DNA from: Bacteroidia bacterium
GTDB lineage: Bacteria > Bacteroidota > Bacteroidia > UKL13-3
DNA: 64,000 nucleotides
Assembly (NCBI GenBank): GCA_965279165.1
Contig: OZ257140.1
Location: 24,262-88,261, forward strand
Reading direction: 5' to 3'
Made by a program: the position numbers and the translations under genes. Below the pieces are notes generated by a model, which was given only the letters and a program-made list of their open reading frames with translations, was not told where the DNA came from and made no database searches. How positions within the stretch are numbered: the stretch's first letter is position 1; every line of letters starts with the position of its first letter. Below are positions 55,926 to 64,000 of this stretch, piece by piece.

Positions 55926-56390
55926 CTATCCGTGTTTACTTAATTGCCTTTTCAATACCAAATATACAATTGTGGTTGAAACGAGTCCAATTGTTCCATA
56001 CCATGTGAGGTAAGAAAATAGAAATGGTAAAAAGGGTGTTTGAAAATTTTTAACATGTGAATGATCAAAGCCGGGTACTTTAAAATACAAAATAAGATAA
56101 TCCAGTGTCGCTATTCCAATGCCGGTTGCCAATGCAAAAAGTACTCCGGCAATCAGAATCCTCCAAAATTTAAGTTGATAATTCCAGTGCAAGGCCACTA
56201 ACTTTTTCATGGTCATATAAAGCATAATCGGCATGATAATAAGAATTAAAGTAAACAACTTGTATTTCCAAGTTGTTTCAAGCTGCTCCACCAATAAACG
56301 GTACACAGGAATTGCCACTAATGTTTTACACAGTCCTGCTGAAAAAATTAAAAAGACCTTTCGGTTATTCAAAAATGCTTGTAAATTCAT
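55926..56390 (-). CDS. Hypothetical 4-5-TM membrane protein
   Basis: 154 aa. Overlaps the upstream LuxR-type gene by 26 nt, so likely the same operon. Confidence 0.5.
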   Translation of the reverse strand: MNLQAFLNNRKVFLIFSAGLCKTLVAIPVYRLLVEQLETTWKYKLFTLILIIMPIMLYMTMKKLVALHWNYQLKFWRILIAGVLFALATGIGIATLDYLILYFKVPGFDHSHVKNFQTPFLPFLFSYLTWYGTIGLVSTTIVYLVLKRQLSKHG

Positions 56391-56796
56391 TTCGGTTGGT
56401 ACAATTAGCCTTTTTATAAATGTTTCGTATATGGGTTTTTAAGGTATTGTGTTCTATATAAAGCTCACCGCAGATATCTTTGTTTGATTTTCCTGCAATT
56501 ACCAGTGTAGCTATTTCTTTTTCACGTTTAGTAAATGCAGACTGCAAGGCATGTTGCTTTCCGTTTATTGCGAATTTGTCGCGCCAGGCATGTCCTACAA
56601 GTAAACAAGAAATACCAGTTACGGCCGAACCAACCCACACCTGTATAGGAAGGTGAAAATTCCAAGGTTGGCCCAGACCGAATTGGTTAAGTATGCAACC
56701 AAAAATCAATAACAACACATAGTACTTCCAAACAATATGTAATGCCTTACCATTTATATTCATGCAACAATTAGGGAGCCAGAATTTTTTTAACAC
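56365..56796 (-). CDS. Membrane-anchored LuxR-family HTH regulator
   Basis: 143 aa. Two N-terminal hydrophobic helices then REKEIATLVIAGKSNKDICGELYIEHNTLKTHIRNIYKK (LuxR/GerE HTH). Confidence 0.7.
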   Translation of the reverse strand: MLKKFWLPNCCMNINGKALHIVWKYYVLLLIFGCILNQFGLGQPWNFHLPIQVWVGSAVTGISCLLVGHAWRDKFAINGKQHALQSAFTKREKEIATLVIAGKSNKDICGELYIEHNTLKTHIRNIYKKANCTNRNEFTSIFE

Positions 56797-57700
56797 ACCT
56801 CTCCCCGTTTACAAGTGTTATTTCTGCATAAAATAGTTGGCTATCGGATGGCAAAGTTAAATCGCCCCCTCCTTTTTGAACCAAAACCAACTTGCCTGTT
56901 ACAGAATAGATTTTAATTAGACCAATAGTTTCTGGTGATGAAATATGAATCTTCTTGTCGATGGAAGGATTAGGGTAAATTCGGATTCCCTCAACTCCTA
57001 CAGCCTCTTTCATACCCACACTTGTACGTTTTCGGAAGGTATATAGCTGATTTGGAGCCGGAATGCTTGTCATACGAGCGTAGTTGCTGCTATACAAGGG
57101 GTTTGCCGGGTTGCCCGAAAGGGTGTTGAACTCATAATAGTTACTGAAATCTGGATAAAGTAATACTAACATTACCTCCGGACCTGTATTTGACGGATTC
57201 ATAAATGCGCTGTCGTTACTTATTCTCACATAATTGGAAGATCCGTAATGGTAAGTTACCGTTTCCTTGCTAAGGCTAATACTTACTTGGAAATTAAGGA
57301 ATTCATTGTCAGGATGCCCCTTCAAACCTATTTGTTTCCATTGCACCAACAATAGTGTATCTGATGAAGTGATGATTTCCTTAATACTCACGCTACTTTG
57401 TCCGGGAATTTTCCTGAATACGGTACCCATCATTGGATCTAGTGCAAATCCATATTGTGGACTTGCTGCCACGAGATATCCGGTTTCAACTCCTATCGAA
57501 AAGGAAGTTATCCCTGTTTTACCGAAAATTTTAAACGGATGATCCGGCAAAAAAGAAATATAATCTTGCATCGCTGTGTCGATAATATCAGCTCCTGTGA
57601 TATCTGCATAGTTTTGAGTAGATTTTGAAAAAGAATAATACTGCGCTTTGGCCGACATACCGAATGACAAGCCAATAATGAGGTAAATGAATTTTTTCAT
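56771..57700 (-). CDS. Secreted protein with T9SS C-terminal sorting domain
   Basis: 309 aa with signal peptide. C-terminal domain IYPNPSIDKKIHISS..IYSVTGKLV..FYAEITL. Confidence 0.65.
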   Translation of the reverse strand: MKKFIYLIIGLSFGMSAKAQYYSFSKSTQNYADITGADIIDTAMQDYISFLPDHPFKIFGKTGITSFSIGVETGYLVAASPQYGFALDPMMGTVFRKIPGQSSVSIKEIITSSDTLLLVQWKQIGLKGHPDNEFLNFQVSISLSKETVTYHYGSSNYVRISNDSAFMNPSNTGPEVMLVLLYPDFSNYYEFNTLSGNPANPLYSSNYARMTSIPAPNQLYTFRKRTSVGMKEAVGVEGIRIYPNPSIDKKIHISSPETIGLIKIYSVTGKLVLVQKGGGDLTLPSDSQLFYAEITLVNGERCVKKILAP

Positions 57701-57908
57701 GTTAGATTTTATTTATGCTGGAGTAGACACAAAGAAAACCTTCAACGTTCTGATTTAATACAAATATTGAGGGGTGAAATTAGGGTGAGATATTGGTAAT
57801 GAATGAGTTAAATTACCAATCAGATACAATCTTTCTTTATCATACATAAATGAATCGATATAATCGCATTGGTATTAAAATAACCTATTCAATGAATAAT
57901 GGTTATTA

Positions 57909-59123
57909 CTAGCCTTTACTCGAATGATTTTTTCCGTGGTTGCTTTTGCCTTTATAACCTCCTACTGATTTGCTGTTGGAGGAATTCCCTCTCGGCTTAA
58001 ATGTCCTTGCAATTCTTTTTTCGGGTTCGTATAATGGCGCTTCTCCAAGCGATGCCGGTAATGCCAATTTTGGAATTTCTTTGCCTATCAAACTTTCGAT
58101 TTCAAAAAAACGACGTTGGTCTTTTTCGTTGATGAAAGTTATTGCAGTTCCGGTGTTTTCCGCTCTAGCTGTTCTTCCAATTCTATGTATATAATCCTCA
58201 GGATCGGGTGGCACATCAAAATTTACAACCAAACTGATACCATCCACATCAATTCCCCTCGATAAGATATCGGTTCCAATTAAGGCTTGGATCTTTTTAT
58301 TTTTAAAATCCTGCATGATCACTTCCCGCTCGGCTTGCTCTAAATCGCTGTGAAATGCTTTAATGGTAATTCCCGAACGACTTAACTCACGGTTTAATTC
58401 CTTGACTTTTTCCTTGGTACCACAGAAAATGATGATGCTATCGTGGCTTTTCTCCTGAAGTAAATAACGCAACAAGGCAACTTTTTGGCTGTCGTATGCC
58501 AAATATGATTGTTGTAAGATGCCTTCTGCAGGCTTACTCAAGGCTATATTAATTTGTTCAGGTTCGTTTAAAATTCTTTGTGCGAGTGTTCTGATTTTAG
58601 GCGGCATAGTTGCCGAAAACAACAAGGTCTGTCGTTTTGCCGGCAAATACGTTATGATTCGCATGATATCGTCATAAAATCCCATATCCAACATTCGGTC
58701 TGCTTCATCTAAAATTAAATGTTGCAAACTGGATGTGTCAACCGAGCCTGCTTGGGTTAACATAGCCAACAACCTTCCGGGAGTTGCAATGATAATATCC
58801 GCACCTTCTCGGAGTGCTTTTTGTTGCTTATCCCAAGCTGCGCCATCTCCCCCACCATAAACCGGTATCGAACTTACACCTACAAAATACCCAAATCCTT
58901 CAATTTGTTGGTCGATTTGTTGTGCTAATTCACGGGTTGGTGCAATAATTAAGGTATTTAACTTACGCGCCGAATGGTCGCTCTGAACAATCTTGTTTAG
59001 TACAGGTAAAACATAAGCTGCCGTTTTCCCTGTACCGGTTTGTGCACAGGCAATAAGGTCTTTGTTCTGCAGAATTAAGGGAATTGCTAGCTCTTGAATC
59101 GGGGTTGGTTTATCGTAACCCAT
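57909..59123 (-). CDS. DEAD-box ATP-dependent RNA helicase (N-terminus probably extends to 59177-59189)
   Basis: Motifs PTPIQ, AQTGTGKT, PTRELA, DEAD, SAT, HRIGRTAR, and a basic Gly/Ser/Lys tail. The frame stays open upstream of ATG 59123 and encodes the Q-motif aromatic context (see findings). Confidence 0.9.
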   Translation of the reverse strand: MGYDKPTPIQELAIPLILQNKDLIACAQTGTGKTAAYVLPVLNKIVQSDHSARKLNTLIIAPTRELAQQIDQQIEGFGYFVGVSSIPVYGGGDGAAWDKQQKALREGADIIIATPGRLLAMLTQAGSVDTSSLQHLILDEADRMLDMGFYDDIMRIITYLPAKRQTLLFSATMPPKIRTLAQRILNEPEQINIALSKPAEGILQQSYLAYDSQKVALLRYLLQEKSHDSIIIFCGTKEKVKELNRELSRSGITIKAFHSDLEQAEREVIMQDFKNKKIQALIGTDILSRGIDVDGISLVVNFDVPPDPEDYIHRIGRTARAENTGTAITFINEKDQRRFFEIESLIGKEIPKLALPASLGEAPLYEPEKRIARTFKPRGNSSNSKSVGGYKGKSNHGKNHSSKG

Positions 59124-59245
59124 GGAATCTAATCCATCCAGAAGACTTTGGTCGAAATTAAAATCAGTAAATGTCAGAAAGGTAATTATTTAGGTGTGCA
59201 AGATACAAGATATTGTGGGTTTATCGCATTAAATACCCCAATCGT

Positions 59246-60136
59246 TTAAGAAACCTTCTGAAAAGTTCGGTTAATTAAATATACGCCACCAATGGTTAAC
59301 ATTACTGCAATAGCCATAACGGCATTCAATTTCTCATCCAACCATAACCAGCCTAACAATACCGCAACAACGGTATTTAAATATGCATAGGTAGAAACAA
59401 TTGTAGCCGGCATATGCTTTAATATATACATATAAGCACCATAAGCAATTACTGATCCGAAAATAACCAGATATGCCAATGCAATTATGGCGTCTTTTTC
59501 CGGATGCATTTGACTCCATTCTCCCATAAATGTTCCAAAAACGTCCAAAATAAAACCGCCCACTATCATTTGGATCCCTGCACCAAATAAAGGATTTACT
59601 TCTGATTTATGGTTTTTAGCATAAACCGAACCCAATGCCCAAGATGCATTCGCAATCAATATAAATATTATACCTAGTGTATAATCCCTGTTGGCAAAGT
59701 CTTTCATATTGTCATGAAAAATCAGAAATTGTCCGGTTAAACAAATTGCCAGACCTGCAATTACCTGCAAGGTTAATTTCTCTCTGTGGCCGCTTAATGC
59801 GGTAAATGCAACAATCCAGATTGGAGTTAAGGAACATATCAATGCTGCCAAACCACTGCTAACATATATTTCGGCCCAGGTTACCAACCCATTGCCAATC
59901 ACAAGCATCAAGAATCCATTGATAGCAAAAACCTTAAGCGATTTAAGTGGAGGGATCGAATATCCTTTGATTAAGAAATAAGAACAAATTAGGATACCAC
60001 CAATCGAATGCCTGAATCCGGCCATGAGAAAGGGCGGAAAACTGGTAACCCCAATTCGTATAACCATAAAGGTTGTTCCCCAGAAAAAACAAACTGCTGC
60101 AAAAGCCAACCACGCATTACCCGATATCTTATTCAT
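59246..60136 (-). CDS. EamA/DMT-family transporter
   Basis: 296 aa with 10 hydrophobic helices in two EamA-like halves. Confidence 0.75.
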   Translation of the reverse strand: MNKISGNAWLAFAAVCFFWGTTFMVIRIGVTSFPPFLMAGFRHSIGGILICSYFLIKGYSIPPLKSLKVFAINGFLMLVIGNGLVTWAEIYVSSGLAALICSLTPIWIVAFTALSGHREKLTLQVIAGLAICLTGQFLIFHDNMKDFANRDYTLGIIFILIANASWALGSVYAKNHKSEVNPLFGAGIQMIVGGFILDVFGTFMGEWSQMHPEKDAIIALAYLVIFGSVIAYGAYMYILKHMPATIVSTYAYLNTVVAVLLGWLWLDEKLNAVMAIAVMLTIGGVYLINRTFQKVS

Positions 60137-60149
60137 TTTCTATCCCGCA

Positions 60150-61019
60150 TTAGGCTATATGCCTTTCTGCATGGTAAGAAGAACGTACCAATGGTCCGGA
60201 TTCTACATATTTAAATCCCATTTTCAATCCTTCTGTTTTGTAAAAATCAAATTCTTCGGGCGTCACAAATCTTTCAACATTCAAATGCATTTTGGTTGGT
60301 TGTAAATATTGACCCAAGGTAATCACGTCACAACCATTAGCCACTAAATCCTGCATAACCTCCAAAACTTCCGATTCGGTTTCGCCCAACCCCAACATCA
60401 CACCTGATTTGGTGCGTAATCCCCTAGTTTTTGTTTTTAAAATTTGCTCCAAACTACGGTCGTAGCGGGCTTGCGGACGAACTTTTCTGTATAAACGTTT
60501 TACCGTTTCCATATTATGGGAAACTACTTCCGGTTTTTCGTCGATAACCTGATAAAGCAAATCCCATTTTGCCATAAAATCCGGAATCAAGGTTTCCATG
60601 GTCGTTCCCGGACTTAATTCTTTTACTTTTCGAATGGTTTCTGCCCATACCCATGCTCCTTTATCCGGTAACTCATCTCTGTTTACGGAAGTTAATACAG
60701 CATGCTTCACCTTCATTAATTTGATGGCGTCGGCAACGCGTTCCGGTTCCGATTGATCGTAAGCGGCATTTCGGCCGGTTGCAACTGCGCAAAAGGAACA
60801 ACTGCGGGTGCAAGTATTTCCTAATATCATAAAGGTGGCTGTTCCTTCGCCCCAACATTCGCCCATATTCGGACAATTACCACTTTCACAAATCGTGTGC
60901 AGTTTATAATGGTCAACCAGATTTCTTACCCGTCTGTAGTTTTCACCGGTTGGTAATTTAACTTTAAGCCAAGATGGTTTTTTAATGCGTTCTTCGGTTA
61001 GTACCGGTAATTCTATCAT
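60150..61019 (-). CDS. lipA: Lipoyl synthase
   Basis: N-terminal cluster [13 protein letters not shown] and radical-SAM CTRSCSFC. 289 aa. Confidence 0.95.
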   Translation of the reverse strand: MIELPVLTEERIKKPSWLKVKLPTGENYRRVRNLVDHYKLHTICESGNCPNMGECWGEGTATFMILGNTCTRSCSFCAVATGRNAAYDQSEPERVADAIKLMKVKHAVLTSVNRDELPDKGAWVWAETIRKVKELSPGTTMETLIPDFMAKWDLLYQVIDEKPEVVSHNMETVKRLYRKVRPQARYDRSLEQILKTKTRGLRTKSGVMLGLGETESEVLEVMQDLVANGCDVITLGQYLQPTKMHLNVERFVTPEEFDFYKTEGLKMGFKYVESGPLVRSSYHAERHIA

Positions 61020-61020
61020 G

Positions 61021-61785
61021 TTACTTATTTATGCCGTATGTGTATCCTACAAATAAAATAAAAAATAAACTCCTGCGAGGCGAATTGGCCATCAAAGGTA
61101 ATGGGTCAGGAAAAACATCCACCGTACATCCCGCCTCAATGGTATGAAACTCATCGGGATATTGACCAAATTGTACCGATAAACTGGTTCGTCCATACCC
61201 GCCAAACTTGGCCATGGTATTGCTTGCTCCATAAAAAAAGGAAGCATTGCCCAAAATATTTTGTGGATTGTTATGTACATCCGGATCGTAGCGAACCGAC
61301 GAAACATAACTACTACCCGAACCCGTATTATCATAAGTAATATTCAGATAATCGATATAAATTGGTTTGAGGATAGCAGTAGTAAGTCCAATATTGTAAT
61401 TAAAATGCAATGCAATGGCGTTTTTATATGGCCGATCCGTAATGGTGTAATTTCTTCCAAATCCGGTTCGTAAAAAAAATGCCATATATATCCGGTCGTA
61501 GGTGTAGCGTTGTGGATTTTCCGACGCTCCATATACCCTAGTTTCTTTGCTGTCGCGAACCCTTGCAAGCTCTAGGTCCAGAATGTTTTTTATTCGGTCT
61601 GTTTTATGCCAGCCAAATTTGAGGTTCAATCCCCCAATCCCGGTGCTGTTTAAATTTGCCCCATATTGAATTTGCTTGCGATACATCAACTGAGGTTCCG
61701 TTATCGCTTGATTTTGCGCATACGTTTGGTGCAAGGTAGAAGATACCAATAATGCAAAAACAACCAACCTATCCTTCGTCAACAT
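61021..61785 (-). CDS. Hypothetical outer-membrane beta-barrel protein
   Basis: 254 aa with signal peptide ..LHQTYAQ. Aromatic/Gly-rich strands. 1-nt gap to lipA. Confidence 0.5.
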   Translation of the reverse strand: MLTKDRLVVFALLVSSTLHQTYAQNQAITEPQLMYRKQIQYGANLNSTGIGGLNLKFGWHKTDRIKNILDLELARVRDSKETRVYGASENPQRYTYDRIYMAFFLRTGFGRNYTITDRPYKNAIALHFNYNIGLTTAILKPIYIDYLNITYDNTGSGSSYVSSVRYDPDVHNNPQNILGNASFFYGASNTMAKFGGYGRTSLSVQFGQYPDEFHTIEAGCTVDVFPDPLPLMANSPRRSLFFILFVGYTYGINK

Positions 61786-61833
61786 GAGAATAATTCAAAA
61801 GTAAGAAATTTTTTAGATAAAGATACCTATTCT

Positions 61834-63381
61834 CTATAACAAGGTTGTATGGAATTGGTTTAATACTATCGGTAAATTTTCAATCAAATCAGAAGCAAGC
61901 ATGGTTGCTTGATTTTGTCGTGTTTCATCACCGGCTAACCCATGTAAATATACGCCGAAAAGTGCTGCTTCTTCCTTGTTAAATCCTTGTGCAAGCAGGG
62001 AACCCAAAATCCCCGTAAGTGCATCTCCGCTTCCGGCTGTGGCCATTGCGACATTCCCTGTCGAATTAAAATATACGGTTCCATTAGGCATAGCGAGAGA
62101 GGTATGTGCTCCTTTTAAAACCACCACAATTTTATACTTTACAGCAAAGTGGATTTGCTTCTCCAATCGCTCATAAGAGTTGACAGAAATTCCGGCAAGC
62201 CTGTCGAATTCTTTTGGATGAGGTGTAATAATGCAGTTGGCAGGAAAAGCAAAAGTTTCGTGGTGCTCTAAAATGAGTCGGGAACAAATATTTAGTGCGT
62301 CGGCATCTATCACACACGGTAATTGAATGGTTGGTAACCATCGGTAAAGTGCTTGGATGGTTTTTTCGTGCAAACCAAGTCCGGGGCCAACGCATATTGC
62401 ATTATAACCGGATAACTCGTTTGGAAAATGCCTTATTTCGGTCATTTCATCACCGGTTAAAACCATGCATTCGGGAATCGATTGTTGGAGAATGGTATAC
62501 CCTACTTTCGGAACAAAGGCAGTAACCAATCCACACCCCGTTCTTAAAGCTGCTTTATTCATTAACACAGAAGCACCCATTTTACCGTAGCTCCCACCTA
62601 TGGTTAATAAATGACCGAATATACCTTTATGACCAAATTTACCTCGCGGCTTAATGAATTGGTTTACTGTTTCAGCATCGGTGAAATAATATCGAAAATC
62701 CTTTCCGGAAAAGAATCGCTTTTCTAACCCAATATCCAGAACCTTGAATTCACCAACAAATTCGGCACTTTCGGCATGCATGAAACTAAATTTAGGTGCT
62801 TGAAAGGTTAGCGTAATATCCGCTTTAATGATTGGTAAACGCTCTAGATGAACATGATCTGCTACTTCACCCGGTAAACCGGAAGGCATATCGATTGCTA
62901 TAATTTTACTTTTAAATGTATTGATATGACGAACCAAATCTGCACTTAATCCGTTAAGCGGACGATTAATACCTGTTCCGAACAACGCATCAATTACCAA
63001 CGTGTTTGCTTCTGGAATTGGAAAATTGTCGGGTTGTTTCAGGTATACTTTACGGATATTATTTATAGTATCCAGCTTCTTCTCATTGGCAATAAAATCA
63101 TCGCTCGCACTATCAATGTATTCCAGTATATAAACTGTTATCGGAATCGAACATTCTTTGGAAAGTAACCTGGCTATAGCCAATCCATCTCCTCCGTTAT
63201 TTCCTTTTCCACAAAAAATATAAATAGATTCAAATGGCTTTTGAGAAGCAAACAACATCTGTGTGATGGCTGAGGTACAAGCGTTCGCAGCCCTTTCCAT
63301 CAAATTTAAAGAGGTAATGGGTTCGTTGGTAATGGTAAACTTATCCCATTCTTGTATTTGTTGTGTGGTAAGCAATCTCAT
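61834..63381 (-). CDS. nnr: Bifunctional NAD(P)H-hydrate repair enzyme (epimerase/dehydratase)
   Basis: 515 aa. YjeF_N region CGKGNNGGDGLAIARLL and a C-terminal carbohydrate-kinase-like region GSGDALTGILGSLLAQG. Confidence 0.87.
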   Translation of the reverse strand: MRLLTTQQIQEWDKFTITNEPITSLNLMERAANACTSAITQMLFASQKPFESIYIFCGKGNNGGDGLAIARLLSKECSIPITVYILEYIDSASDDFIANEKKLDTINNIRKVYLKQPDNFPIPEANTLVIDALFGTGINRPLNGLSADLVRHINTFKSKIIAIDMPSGLPGEVADHVHLERLPIIKADITLTFQAPKFSFMHAESAEFVGEFKVLDIGLEKRFFSGKDFRYYFTDAETVNQFIKPRGKFGHKGIFGHLLTIGGSYGKMGASVLMNKAALRTGCGLVTAFVPKVGYTILQQSIPECMVLTGDEMTEIRHFPNELSGYNAICVGPGLGLHEKTIQALYRWLPTIQLPCVIDADALNICSRLILEHHETFAFPANCIITPHPKEFDRLAGISVNSYERLEKQIHFAVKYKIVVVLKGAHTSLAMPNGTVYFNSTGNVAMATAGSGDALTGILGSLLAQGFNKEEAALFGVYLHGLAGDETRQNQATMLASDLIENLPIVLNQFHTTLL

Positions 63382-63392
63382 CGCTTATATTT

Positions 63393-63854
63393 GTGCAGAT
63401 TTACATGAGCAAAAATACCATAAATATAACAAACAGAAGGGTAACTTACGAATATCATATAATCCAGAAATACACAGCAGGGATAATACTTCAGGGTACT
63501 GAAATAAAGTCGGTTAGAGATGGCAATGTGAATTTATCCGAAGGTTTTTGCTTTTTTAAGGATGGGGAACTGTTTATCAAAAATTTGCAAATCAGCCAAT
63601 TCAAACAAGGAAATATTGCTAACCATGAACCCCTGCGTACCCGAAAACTGTTACTTAAAAAAGTTGAACTAAGAAAAATAAAGAGTAAAACCGAAGAACA
63701 AGGAATGGCAATTGTGCCCGTTCGAATGTTTGTTTCGGAAACCGGATACGCAAAAATTGAAATTGCTGTAGCAAAAGGCAAAAAGGTTTTCGACAAACGA
63801 GAAGACATCAAGAAGCGCGATGTTGCAAGAGAAATAGCCAGATATACAAATTAA
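63393..63854 (+). CDS. smpB: SsrA-binding protein
   Basis: 153 aa. NRRVTYEYHI..YTAGIILQGTEIKSVR...RTRKLLLKKVE pattern of SmpB. Confidence 0.9.
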   Translation: MQIYMSKNTINITNRRVTYEYHIIQKYTAGIILQGTEIKSVRDGNVNLSEGFCFFKDGELFIKNLQISQFKQGNIANHEPLRTRKLLLKKVELRKIKSKTEEQGMAIVPVRMFVSETGYAKIEIAVAKGKKVFDKREDIKKRDVAREIARYTN

Positions 63855-64000
63855 GTTGGTACTTTTTTTACTTTAATATGATACCCTTCTATATAAATTT
63901 TACGTTAAGCCGTTAAAAAATAGATTTTTTTCCCTTTTTTCGCACTTCTCAACTCAGACATAAATATTAAATCCAATAACATGAACAAAGTTCAAACTCC

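Overview
AT-rich chromosomal segment with the hallmarks of a Bacteroidota genome: many secreted proteins end in T9SS C-terminal sorting domains, one has a CHU_C/gliding-type C-terminal domain, there is a TAnnTTTG-type -7 promoter box, and operons are tightly packed. About 70 protein genes look credible, mostly housekeeping or envelope/stress related: dnaG, argS, rpsF-rpsR-rplI, PIN-PhoH (PhoH2), PPK2 and PPK1, Dps, MlaEFD, OmpA/TSP3, an aminotransferase + omega-amidase pair, HtrA, an RluA-family synthase, PadR-PspC, OsmC, a DEAD-box helicase, lipA, nnr, smpB, a MazF/RHH toxin-antitoxin pair and a CsbD/YtxH stress-protein cluster. RNA genes are tRNA-Arg(TCT), tRNA-Arg(CCG) and RNase P RNA. I recognised no integrase, transposase, cas gene or CRISPR array. 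The unusual content is non-coding. (i) A 1.2-kb ORF-free array of 18 tandem ~66-bp units at 44101-45257; each unit carries the palindrome AATCCCGTCAGGGATT plus a second dyad that keeps its symmetry through paired changes, and the array ends in overlapping GC-rich hairpins. (ii) A tRNA-Arg(CCG) locus at 23880-24690. It consists of a disrupted tRNA copy split by three GC-rich hairpin insertions, a small GIY-YIG nuclease gene, the intact tRNA, and three 97-bp repeats of the tRNA 3' half with a hairpin inside the T-loop. (iii) A 4 x 105-bp tandem repeat beside the toxin-antitoxin pair. (iv) tRNA-Arg(TCT) plus a decayed tRNA-like copy, each followed by the same 82-bp nested-hairpin element, bracketing an adhesin gene. 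(v) A bipartite motif about 100 nt upstream of three envelope/stress genes. All product calls come from motifs read by eye; no database search was possible.
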